In this document: one piece after another, positions 23,072 to 33,639 of the stretch | Numbering within the stretch: the first letter of the stretch is position 1 | Layout of the letters: every line of letters begins with the position of its first letter | NCBI GenBank assembly: GCA_023920165.1 | Contig: CP089276.1 | Location: forward strand, 1,550,001-1,614,000 | Source of the DNA: Curvularia clavata | Taxonomy: Eukaryota | Direction: 5' to 3' | Length of the DNA: 64,000 bases | Translations under genes and position numbers: made by a program | The notes under the pieces: model-generated | What the model was told of the DNA's origin: nothing | Seen by the model: only the letters and a program-made list of their open reading frames with translations | The model's database searches: none

Positions 23072-24579
23072 TTATGCGAGAGGTGGAGACCCATTTGAGA
23101 ATTTGCCAGCAAGGACGGTCATGAGTGCATCCTTGACCTCAAATTCCTCAAGCACGGCGCCAAATCTACAAAGTGTTAACATCCACACAGCGACAATGCA
23201 CATTCTCTACTTACCCGTAGCAGCGGACTTTGGCGAGGAGCTCTCCCTTCATGAGCTCAAAGTCCTCCTTGGTCAAGTCGCGGAGGTTCTCGTGCTGTAG
23301 GATCTTTGCCCAGGCCATGATGGGCGTAATCTCCCCGTCAAGGGGTAGGCGGTTGCTCAGGTCGAGTAGTTTCATCAGATCTGGCATGTTGATGTCCGGC
23401 ATCTGGTGCGGATACTTCTCCTCTGGGCAGTTTGTGATGTGCGCATCGGGAGGAGCCGTGGCCATGAGGGCATGGCCACTGATGTTTTCGTCGGCGTCAT
23501 GGGCGCGTACCATTAGAAATTGCATGTGGTCCATGCATGGTCGCTCGAGCCTGTCAGACACAACTTGTCAGAGCAGAGCCCATCGATACTGAAGAAGAAC
23601 GTACGCCAAGTTTGGAAAAGAAGAAGACAGAAAAAGACGTAAGCGCACTACTGCTGGGGCGGAGGAGAAAGATAGGGCGTTCGGTCGTACGTTAAAACGA
23701 AGTCTATGCCAATCTGGTCATAGTCTAGGCCCTGGGGCTGCTGGTTCGGCTGCTGAGCTTGATGCTGCAGGGTCAAGGATTGACCGCCCATGCCATCGTG
23801 GGAGGCCGATCCGCGCGTCGGTGGGGAGGTGTATCCCGTCGAAGCCGACCCTGGCCCATAGCCCGACACGCTTCCCGTCGAGCTTCCATACGTAGAGCTT
23901 CCAACTTGGGTCATACCGTTGGAAGGCCGGCTCGAAAGGTCAAAGGAGATGCCATGCGCCATGAGCAACTCGCGGAGTCGGCGGTTCTCTTCGGCGTAGG
24001 CGTCGCGTTCTCGCGAAGTAGCGGCGAATGTGTCCTTGAGACGGATCACCTCCTGTTCAAGGGCCTTGATGTACATTTCTTTCCTCTCGCGATGTGTTCT
24101 TGTGAGCAAGTCAGCACGTGATTAATGTGGTACATAGGATTTGCCCATGTTACCTCTGTGCCTGACGGTTCAGCTCTTGTCTGCGTGTCAGAGCAGGCTT
24201 GCTGTCGGGCTTGGGACCCCTTCTCTTTGGTGGTTGTCCATCTTGTCTGATTAGCAGTGCGACAGCAACCATATGCGGCCGTAAACCAACCTCGTGTTGT
24301 CTTCTTCTCAGTCAAGCTCTTGAAAAAACCAAACTGGGCTAGAGGACTTTTGGATTCGCTGCCTATGGATTGCCATTGCCCGGTACTCTCCACATCCGGC
24401 GCAAATGCAGCCAAGCTACCCCTCCTGCTGCTGCCCATGCTCATCTCAGACAAGCAGTCGGAAGGGCGACGCGAGGCAGCAGGAGAAGGGTACTCGTTAG
24501 CAGCGCCGGGGGGAGGGTAGATGGGCGCCATGGTCAGCACGTGCGCATTGGGCCAGGACATAAAGCGATGATGCGACAT
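23072..24579 (-). CDS. meaB: bZIP transcription factor, MeaB type (nitrogen regulation)
   Basis: Introns 24242-24290, 24099-24153, 23551-23690 and 23166-23214. bZIP KRRGPKPDSKPALTRRQELNRQAQRTHRERKEMYIKALEQEV; C-terminal domain LERPCMDHMQF...SGHALMAT...LDGEITPIMAW...KVRCYGFGAVLEEFEV. The start codon is uncertain (several in-frame ATGs). Confidence 0.85.
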
Positions 24580-26378
24580 GGTGTTTATGAATTACAAGAT
24601 GACAGTTAAGAAAAGGTAAAAAACAAAAAAACAAACGTTAGGGATGGGTATATATAACGTGTATAACGGGCTTGCATGCGGGGAAAGAGAGAAGAAGCGT
24701 AGCATGGCCATGTATATGTAGCGGCGTGCAAGCCTTGAATCGCTGAGGCCGCAAAGAGTTCGTCGACGGGCCTGTCATTCATGCACCGTCGCCCATGGCC
24801 GGCATGCACAACAGCCGTGAGGCTCGTGTGCAACGTTATGCTGACATGGGAATGGCGGGCTTGAACGAGACTTGCTCCGTCTCTGCAACGGCCGTTGTAG
24901 GGTGGGGAGCAGAGAAAAGGAAGAGCATGAACGTGGGCGCTGGCCAATGGCGGCCAGGGGGATCCACATGCCAAGCACTCAGGACAGGAGTCGCGAAGCC
25001 GAGATAAAACACAACCAACGTCAAAGAGAGGGGGGCGATTAAAGCGCACGGCACGACGAGGAGAGAAGGATGCGAAGGGGGGAAAGATGACCAGAGGAGA
25101 GCAAGTCTACTCACCACTGCCGTTCTGGTAGTGCGTGTCCCCAATCGAGGGGTCGGTCTTGACGGAGGCAGCCATGGTTTACGTGGGCTTCATGGATCAA
25201 ATCGACGTTATTAGTAGTTGTCTCTACAGGGCGACGGTGCTGGGGGCGCGCTTTGGGCGTCTCGAGTGGCGGAGAAGCGTGGGTGGTGTGGAGAGCAAGA
25301 GGCACACTAGAGTAGACGTCTGTCAGCCCACGCTCAATCCCTGTGCACATCCGAAACATACACAGGCCAGACAGAGGGTCTACTGGCCGCGTCCGGAAGA
25401 CGGTGGTCGCGAGCAGCAGGCCTGAGGAGAGAGGTTACCGTCTTGTAGTCGAGCAAGGCGTGCTCGGGGGGTTCCGTGTACTTCCGCGAGCGCAGTGCAA
25501 AAGGGAGCGAGGTTGGGCGCAACGGGGCAACGGGCAGAGGGCGCTGAGCAAGAGGTGGAGCGGCGATGGGCGAGTAGTGGCTGATGCAATTGAGACGTGT
25601 GATGGTGCTCTTGGCGTCGCAGGCGTGGAGAGGGCCTTGTAGCACAAGCACACGTAGAGGGCGAGGGTTACTCGAGGGCGGCCGCTGAGAACAACTCTTA
25701 CACTTGCGGTGCGATGTCGACGGTAGTTTAGTACCAACCCGCCCGCACCGCAATGCGCTACCCAGGCAGGCTGATCGGCGAGCTCACTGGCCCACACGTG
25801 GATTTGGAAGACGAGCGAGGCCCATGCACGGCAGCACGCCCAAAGCAGCCTCTGGCTCGCCCATCAGGCCACACCAGCGCGGGCGTAGCTTGTCGCCTTG
25901 TCTCGATTGCTCTCTAGTGCATCGCCTCTGCCCCAGCTGCGGCTCTGCTCCCATGGGCTCGCTCAGAGGGCTAGAGTGGATCGTCGCCCTTCGCGTGCCA
26001 TGACGACCTCCAAGTCCGCGGGGGCTGCGCGAAAAAAAAAAGACGCTTCCTACTTGTATATCCATCTATATGCAACAAATCCATGGATTGGCTTGCCAAA
26101 CACCCGTCATACATAGTGCACTCGATGGCCTTGGCTCCCCGACAAAGTTCGGGCAAGGCCATGTACGTTTGTCGTGGGCACAGGAATCAATACTTTCCGC
26201 TAGCCCGTCGACTTGGTAACTTTGCATTTTCATGTGTCTGCGAGTCTGTGTCTGAGGCTGCAGTTACATGAATCGTCTATCTAGTATTCTGTCCTATCTC
26301 CGTCCTGCCGACGACACGGCATGAAGCAGACGACGATGACACCCGAACCCAGGCCTCTGAGACCACGCCAACACCGCT

Positions 26379-27548
26379 TTAGGGCTTGTTGGCGAGAATC
26401 TTCTCAATCTCCTCCAGGACCTCGGGCGTCAGCTTAGGAAGCAACTTGAGAGCGCCACAGTTGTCCTTGACCTGTTCAGGCTTCGACGCGCCCAGAATCA
26501 CAGTGCTGACATTGGGGTTGCTTGCAGCCCACGCCAGGGCCAACTGTGTCGTAGTGCCTCCAAGCCTCTCGGCAATCTTTGTCAACTCCCTCACCTTCTG
26601 GATCTTAGCCTGTCCCTCTTCGCTCTTGAGCCCCTCGATGGTGTTTTTGAAAAAGTCCGGGTTTGTCGCGAACCGGCTGTCGTCTGGAATTCCGTCGTTG
26701 TACTTGCCCGTGAGCAAGCCACTTGCCAGCGGACTCCAGATGGTGGTTCCGTACTGGTACTTCTTGTACAGCGGAGCATACTCCTTCTCGAACCTCTCGC
26801 GGTGGAAAGCGTTGTATTGCGGCTGCTCGACAACAGGTGCAATGAGGTTGTATTTCTCGGCAATGTCGCACGCCTCCTGGATCTGCTCAGCAGACCACTC
26901 AGAGGTACCCCAGTAGTAGGCCAGGTTCATGTTAATTGTCTGGGTGAAGGCCTCGACTATCTCCTTCATCGGTACGCTAAAAGACTGTCAGCACGTGCCC
27001 TGCGCAGAAGGCGTGGCGTTGCATACTCAGGGTCAAAGCGATGAGCAAAGACAATGTCGACGTAGGAGTGATCAAGTCGCTTCAAAGAGCTCTTCAAGCC
27101 CTCGACAATGTGCTTCTTGGACAGGCCCCTGCGCGTGTGTTAGCCAAGTACCAAGATGCACTGCCGCATTCGGCTTACCTGGTGTTGGGTTCCCGTCTCT
27201 GTGTTCCGAAAAAGACCTTGGAAGCTTGTCAGTCTGGTGCCCACGGTGTTGCTGTGTAACCAGCGGTACCTTTGTCGACAAGACGTATTCGTCACGCGGC
27301 CATTGTAGCTCCTTGAACGCCTTGCCCATTTCAATCTCGCACTCTCCGGCAGCATAGACCTCGGCCGTGTCGAAGAAGTTGATTCCATGGTTCCATGCCT
27401 CGAGCATGCAGTCCTTGACAATGGAGCCCTTCTGGGTTCCTCCATATGTCAACCAGCCGCCAAGAGAGAGCACCGACACCTTGAGGCCAGCCGGCCCAAG
27501 GCGTCTGAACTGCATGTCCTTGGGGTCAAACTTTGTTTCTACGGGCAT
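26379..27548 (-). CDS. Aldo-keto reductase, Kv-beta (voltage-gated K+ channel beta subunit-like) family
   Basis: [87 protein letters not shown]. Three canonical introns between about 26977 and 27270, including a micro-exon of about 38 nt. Confidence 0.95.
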
Positions 27549-28571
27549 CTTGATGACAATTGGAGAGCAATTGGGTTGTAACGAGAAAATTTCCGATTGA
27601 GAAGAGGGTCGGTTTATGAAGCTGGGCGCAATGAGGGGCACGACATGGAAGGCATATGAGGGGCAAGCCGCGGCACCAGACGGTCGTGATGTCACGTACT
27701 AGGCGTAAACTGGCAATTAGACATCAGGACATGAGCGCTATCAGCTATTGGATTAGTATACTAGGCTGCGAGCCGTGTCAGCGACGGCCGAGGAAAGCTG
27801 CGATGATTACATGTACTACACGTTCAGCCGGCGTGCATGGACTTGGCGCCTGGAAGAGGCCTGAAAGGAGAGGCGCAGAGCGTCCATGCTTGATCGTGGC
27901 TCAGCACACGGAGAGGACGCCTAATACCACCTCACGGGCCCTTGAGCAGTCCACCACCACTGACTCCCGCTGTCAAGTCGCTATGCATGCACTCCTGACG
28001 CCCCGCCCGCGCACAAAACCACCTTGCAATCTCAATGCGCTGGTGACGGAGGCGAATTTTGACGGCTGTATGGCAGCGCTGGCAAACGGCTGGCCGCCGC
28101 CTGTTTCACGTTTCAAACACACCCACCAGCTCGCCTGCAGCCAGCCAATCATTGCCGGCAAATCGCCATGTCACGTGCCTTGCCATCACGTCGCGCAGAA
28201 ATGATTGGCAGTGGCTGTTTGTCGATCGCAGGTTACGCTTACACTCTTCTTTGATGCTGCTGTCGTCCAGGGCGCCTGAAAGGAGGCGCCCGCCGCCTTG
28301 CACCGCCCTATATCTTGGGCGTTCGCTTTCTCATCACACTGCCTCACGCTCATTCCAAGTACCTTTATTTAGCCATTCACTTCCACTTTTCTGCGGGGCA
28401 GAAGAACGGACCATTCACGCCCATTCTGTTAAGAGACATTGTATTCACCTTCACTTCGGCCATTCTGTACTACATAAACTCTCGCGACTTTCCACAGTCC
28501 CTCCTTTATCCACACGCAATTCCAACTTCCTCTCTCTAGGACCTTCATTACCAAATCCTACACCTTTCAAC

Positions 28572-29287
28572 ATGGGCTTCAAGAAGAACCTTTTCTGTGC
28601 CGGCGCATTCGCCCTTGGCGCCCTCGCCGCACCCATGCCAAACTGCCCGGAGCGCGTCCCAGATACCGGGGCGGCGGCCCTGACCGCGGCCACGCTGATC
28701 ACCATCGCTCCCAAGACCCAGTCCTGCTCCGGTGCAGACTTCCCAGAAGAATGCGCAGACGCCGAGAAGGCTGCGCCCGCTCTGAGCAAGGCTTTCGAGA
28801 CCTACAAGATCACCTCCAAGGGCGAGCAGGCCGCCATTGTCGCTTATGAGCTCTTTGAAAGTGGAGACTTCAAGTACAACAAGAACCACTTCCCCGGTCG
28901 CCCAGGCCAGGGTACGCGAAGTAAGTAATCCTCTGTGTAACATGCATACTACAACGTCAGCTAACCACTTCTCCAGTGATGGCTATGCCCAACTACGTCG
29001 AGCAGTACGCCACCAGCGTCGTTGGCGCCGATGCTGTCCAGAAGGCCAAGGCCGCAGGCGGCGACGCCGGCTTGAACGCCGTCCTCGCCCTTGTCAACAG
29101 CGACGACGAGAAGAGCTTCGGCAGCGCAGCATGGTTCGTGAGCACCGTCTGCACTGCTGACGTGCGCGCCGGACTGGCCGCTGCCACCAAGGACGGCTGG
29201 GACAAGTTCCTCAGCGACTGCGTCGGCACACCTGCTGACCCTGCCCGCGACCCGGCCTGGGAGGCTGCCGTTGCCAACATCAAATAA
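28572..29287 (+). CDS. Small secreted Cys-containing protein (219 aa), possibly with a lysozyme/GH19-like fold
   Basis: Signal-peptide-like MGFKKNLFCAGAFALGALAAP; intron 28921-28976 (GTAAGT...GCTAAC...CAG); strong GC3 bias; motifs FESGDFKY, GRPGQGTR, SFGSAAWF. Confidence 0.85.
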
Positions 29288-30246
29288 GGCCACCAATTGA
29301 AAAGCTTGGGGCGGCTTGGGGCTGATGGCAATGACTTCTTCTAACGGCATGTCTCTATGACTTCTTTCCACTTTACATATTTACCTTTTCATACTTTGGC
29401 AATAGCCGATTCAATACAGTCTTCTTGCACGTGGGCGTGCTTGGATATTTGATTCTTTGATCTACTTGTGCTGTGTTTAATGTGTGTATCTCGAGCCTAA
29501 ACCAAGGCGTAATATTCCTGCATTGTCTTACTGCATAAGGAATCTTCTTGGCTGCTGACTGGCGCTCCACTAGCGCACAACTATGTCTCATGATGCCCTG
29601 AACTTCACCATGACATGAATATCATTCTTGCAGAGTCACTTTCACATCCCTGTTTAGGAAGTCACACCACCAAAGAAACCAACTTGTTGGAGACTACACA
29701 GATTTATCGGGCGAGTTACGGTATAACAAACCCAGACCATCAGTAGGTGGCAAGGTTGATAGTGGCTTTCATTAAGAGCTGCTCACCACCATGGATCAGA
29801 CACAAGATCGCAACGAGAGGATCCAAGTATACAGCATTCTGAGTGACTGCTAGTTCTCCTAGGTGTTTTCTATGGCAAAGGCATAAATCGCAAGAGAACT
29901 CGAAAACATGCGCTCTTGTTCAAACGATGGATAGAGGGAGACCAGGTATTATGATTAAAAAATACCATTTATAGTAGTATGCGTTATGCCTAAAATACAC
30001 AACTACCAGAACACCCAACCCCCGATTGTGAATACTAATACAAATAGAGAAAAAAAAGAGTATACCTCCCTTTCACGTTCTGTGTGTCATGATCATGATT
30101 TCACTCCCTCGTTGAATCACCACGAACCCACCTTTTGGGTCTAAAAAATCGAAAGACAAACAAAGGAAAAATGACCCCACAACGCCAGAAGCACCAACAC
30201 CCAAGGATATCTATATATACATTATGAAAAGAAGAAACAACACCCC

Positions 30247-32175
30247 TCACAGCAGCGAAGCCCCTGTAAAAGCAACAGCATCATCCCTGGCCATCGCCTC
30301 CCCACACTCGGGACACGTACAACCCTCCAAGCCCCTCACGCCCCTCGCGCACGTCGAGATCCATGTTTGCAAGCACTCGACGCAAGTAGCGGGTTCGTGC
30401 CAGCAATTCTGTGTGATGCGACGAGCTACGAACTCGCTGGTAGGACGGACGGCTTTGCACAGGATACATGTGCGTTCCTGGGCAGGCGTGTTACGGCGCG
30501 AGGCGGGTGTCATGAAGCGCGGGATGTCGGTGGGTGGCGTGGTTGCGGCGGTGGTAGGGGCTGGACGGGAGGAGTATGAGTGCATCGAGGAAGGGCGGAT
30601 TTGCTGGGGGATCTCGACAGAAAGTCTCAAGGGGGTTTGTTTCAAAGAGAGTGAGGTGGCGCTGCTGCTACGCCGGTGGTGGTCTGCGGTTGTGGCGGCC
30701 GGACTGGGTGGTGCGTCGGTGGCCCAGGGGGCAAATGGCGCTGGGAGAGGCACGGCGAGATGCGGAGAGGTCGGGCTGACGTTTGTGTTCATGGGAGAAT
30801 ATGTCGGGGTAGGCACGAATTCGATGGCTGATTGCCGTTTGGGGTGCGAGGAAGCAGAGTAGGCTTCGATTTCATATCGGTGCAGATTCTCCTCCGTGAG
30901 CTTCATCTGGCGAACGTCATCGACGACTGCAGCAAACTTGGGTTGTTCTTGTGTGGCGACGGTAGATGAGCCTCTTCGCCGCGCACCAAAATTCTTGAAA
31001 GCTTGCGGTATAGATGACCAGCGGCTCTTGCTCTTCTTCTCTGCTTTGGTCTTTTCCCCAACATTGTTATCGAACCCATCAAATGGACTGCGGACTGGGG
31101 TCGTTGGGGCAGCCTGTACAGCCGAGACTGCGGATGGAGATTGGAATACAGAGGTGTCGAAGGTTACAGGCGTAGGGGGGCCGACTTCGTTGTTTTTACC
31201 GCACTGGCAAACCACGTCATTCTCAATGTCCTCTCCAGCAACTGACCTAGGGATACTGCTGGATACCGGCCTTGGGGAAGTCGCTGGACAGCTGTTGTTC
31301 CGTAAACCGCGTGAGGAGGCAATCTTAGTCCCGGAACGAGCACGTTGATGATAATTTGCAAACGATGTTGGACGAGCCCGTTGCTGCAGCGGTGGACTGT
31401 CGAGTGAAGTAAAGCTCTGGGGGTGGTATGATACAGGACGCCCTTCCTGTACGTCCTTTGCTTGCTGTATGGGCTGATAATCCCGTACTGCGGGGTGCAA
31501 GTTTTCACACTCGCAACTGCCGCCCGAGGAGACGCTACTCCTCCTTAGCTCTTGCAGACTGTCGAGAACTGATGGTACAGGCCGCGGAATTGGTGATTCA
31601 GGAGTCAAGGCAGTTGGCGAAGCAGTCCATTGTGGCGAGAGTAGATGCTGCGCGTTGTAAGACACGGGCCGTGCGAGTAGGGGTGGTCGTCGTGTAGCAA
31701 ACGATGCATCAATCGCCGGCGTTGGTCCCAGGTTAATAGACGACGTTGGCCTGTTCGGGTTGGTCCATTTGTCCAGCAGATCAGAATCGCTGTCGTCGTC
31801 TTCTGCCATCCCTTGGGGAATTTCCAGGACTCGGATGCCAGGCTCTTGTTGGGATGGCTGCTTGACTTGTACAATTTCAGGCGCCGGATCCTCGCTCAGT
31901 TGCTCTTCCACTTTGAACTCTTTCTGTTGTCTTGCCACCTCCAATGCCCTTTGCTGCTCTTCTACCTCCAATGCCACCTGCTGCTCGTACATGGGCCGTT
32001 CCAGCCATCGTGTTGTTACTGATTTCTCGCGTTGGAGGCTCTTCAATGCTTCCTCGGAGCCTGCAATCATATCCAGCATGCGGTGGGCTTTGGCCGGGTC
32101 CCTCTTGATTGGCCGGGGATGCCTAAGAAGAGGATGCACGTCATCCTGGGAATAGTTGTGCGCCACAGCCGCCAT
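30247..32175 (-). CDS. Disordered Ser/Pro-rich protein with a C-terminal RING-type zinc finger
   Basis: Long uninterrupted ORF with first ATG at 32175 (MAAVAHNY). C-terminal CILC-x17-CWH-x4-CVEC-x19-CPEC pattern. Confidence 0.8.
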   Translation of the reverse strand: MAAVAHNYSQDDVHPLLRHPRPIKRDPAKAHRMLDMIAGSEEALKSLQREKSVTTRWLERPMYEQQVALEVEEQQRALEVARQQKEFKVEEQLSEDPAPEIVQVKQPSQQEPGIRVLEIPQGMAEDDDSDSDLLDKWTNPNRPTSSINLGPTPAIDASFATRRPPLLARPVSYNAQHLLSPQWTASPTALTPESPIPRPVPSVLDSLQELRRSSVSSGGSCECENLHPAVRDYQPIQQAKDVQEGRPVSYHPQSFTSLDSPPLQQRARPTSFANYHQRARSGTKIASSRGLRNNSCPATSPRPVSSSIPRSVAGEDIENDVVCQCGKNNEVGPPTPVTFDTSVFQSPSAVSAVQAAPTTPVRSPFDGFDNNVGEKTKAEKKSKSRWSSIPQAFKNFGARRRGSSTVATQEQPKFAAVVDDVRQMKLTEENLHRYEIEAYSASSHPKRQSAIEFVPTPTYSPMNTNVSPTSPHLAVPLPAPFAPWATDAPPSPAATTADHHRRSSSATSLSLKQTPLRLSVEIPQQIRPSSMHSYSSRPAPTTAATTPPTDIPRFMTPASRRNTPAQERTCILCKAVRPTSEFVARRITQNCWHEPATCVECLQTWISTCARGVRGLEGCTCPECGEAMARDDAVAFTGASLL

Positions 32176-33639
32176 TTTCCTGAGGCCGTTGCGGGCGAGA
32201 CGAGGGATGCCAGGAAGAAATACTGCGAACAATAAAAGAGGTCGGGGGACGAGATGAACTAGCGGGCGCGAGCAAGACAATAAAGCGAGAGGCAGGAACT
32301 ACCCCTCGTAACCATGTGGGACAGCGCCTGTCGTTATCAGCAGCTCACAGCGGTCCTACCAATGCCATGGGCCCCGGCTGGCCATGCGTGGCTGGCAAGG
32401 TAGCACAGAACCGACGTACCCGTTTCAAGCCCTTGGCCACCAAGCCGATGCGTAACGCACCGTTAGCTGGGCACCGCGCGACACTGCGCCTCCCACTATT
32501 CGCTGCCGGAGCCCGTATTGCTAGGCCCGCACTCAATTGCGCTCGGCCGATTGGGCCTAGCGCCGCATGCGTCAGACATATTTTTAGCACCCGTGGTAAC
32601 TTCTCTATGGTTCTTCGCCGAGTGCTAAAGCAAATATACGACGCCTGTGGCAATCCCAGGAAGCCGATCGTGACTGCAGCATGCAAACGGGAGCCCGTTA
32701 CGAGCTGTCGTGATGACAGAGCACCTGAGTTGCGTTGGCGGTGTGTGGCATGCTGGGAGTTTTGCGCGAGGCTGGGGCAATCTCGAGTTGCAATGATCAG
32801 CGAGCCACATAATCGCATGACGACGAACGTCCCCAGTGCTCAACGTCAGTGGGCCGGGAAACTCAGGTCCAAAAACTTTACAAAAAGCACCCTGCCTTCT
32901 CGAAAAAGAGCGGTCCGGAATTACTAGGAAGATGATCCGCGGCACCAACAAATAAACAGGCACAAGTAGGGCGCCGGCACCGCTAAGGCGTTTGGATCCC
33001 AATACGGCCGAGGAGCCATCCAGAAGAAAGTCTCATCTCACGTTTCCGGCGTTCAAGACATTGATGACTGTCAGACATCCAGAGAAATAGCGCTTCGGCT
33101 CCGCACGCTTGCAAACGCTACCGTCCGCAGCGGAACTATGTGGTAAGCCAGTGTTTGCACCCATACTTTCTGCAGTAATGCGGTACGGATACCGAGGGTA
33201 TTCAATCAATAGTGCGCCCGAAAAGACGCGTTATCTTGTCGGTGGCTATGCTGTCTTTGTCGGCATATCGATTGTAAGAGGCAAGCAAGGATACCATAGA
33301 AACAGGCAAAAACCGCCTCGATATTTCCAGAGGCTCGAACGAGTCGCCTGACACTGCTAGCTACATGCAAGTGAGCCTTGAGAGGGGCAGTGCAGTTGTC
33401 GCTTTTTGGCAACTTGCCAGTACGACAGTAGATGATGTCGAAAATCTAACCATCACTATCACGTGATGTCACATGCTTTCACACCACTGTGGCGCCAAGC
33501 ATCATCTGTCCCTGACTAATCAACAAATGGTGCTAGTCCGAAATGGGCTGTCGAAACTTTAGTGCACCTCACGGCTTGTGTTGCCATCCCCATCCCCTCA
33601 ATCAACCTACTCCCAGACGTCACGTAACCTGCAGCAAAT

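Noticed and set aside
25380..25600. Possible alternative upstream coding exon of meaB (donor-like GTAACC near 25438)
   Set aside because: The frame needed to join the bZIP exon gives no convincing peptide; unsupported without transcript data.
26270..26381. Possible readthrough after the aldo-keto reductase stop
   Set aside because: The stop is TAA-AGC, not a leaky context, and the extension ends without a PTS1 or CaaX signal.
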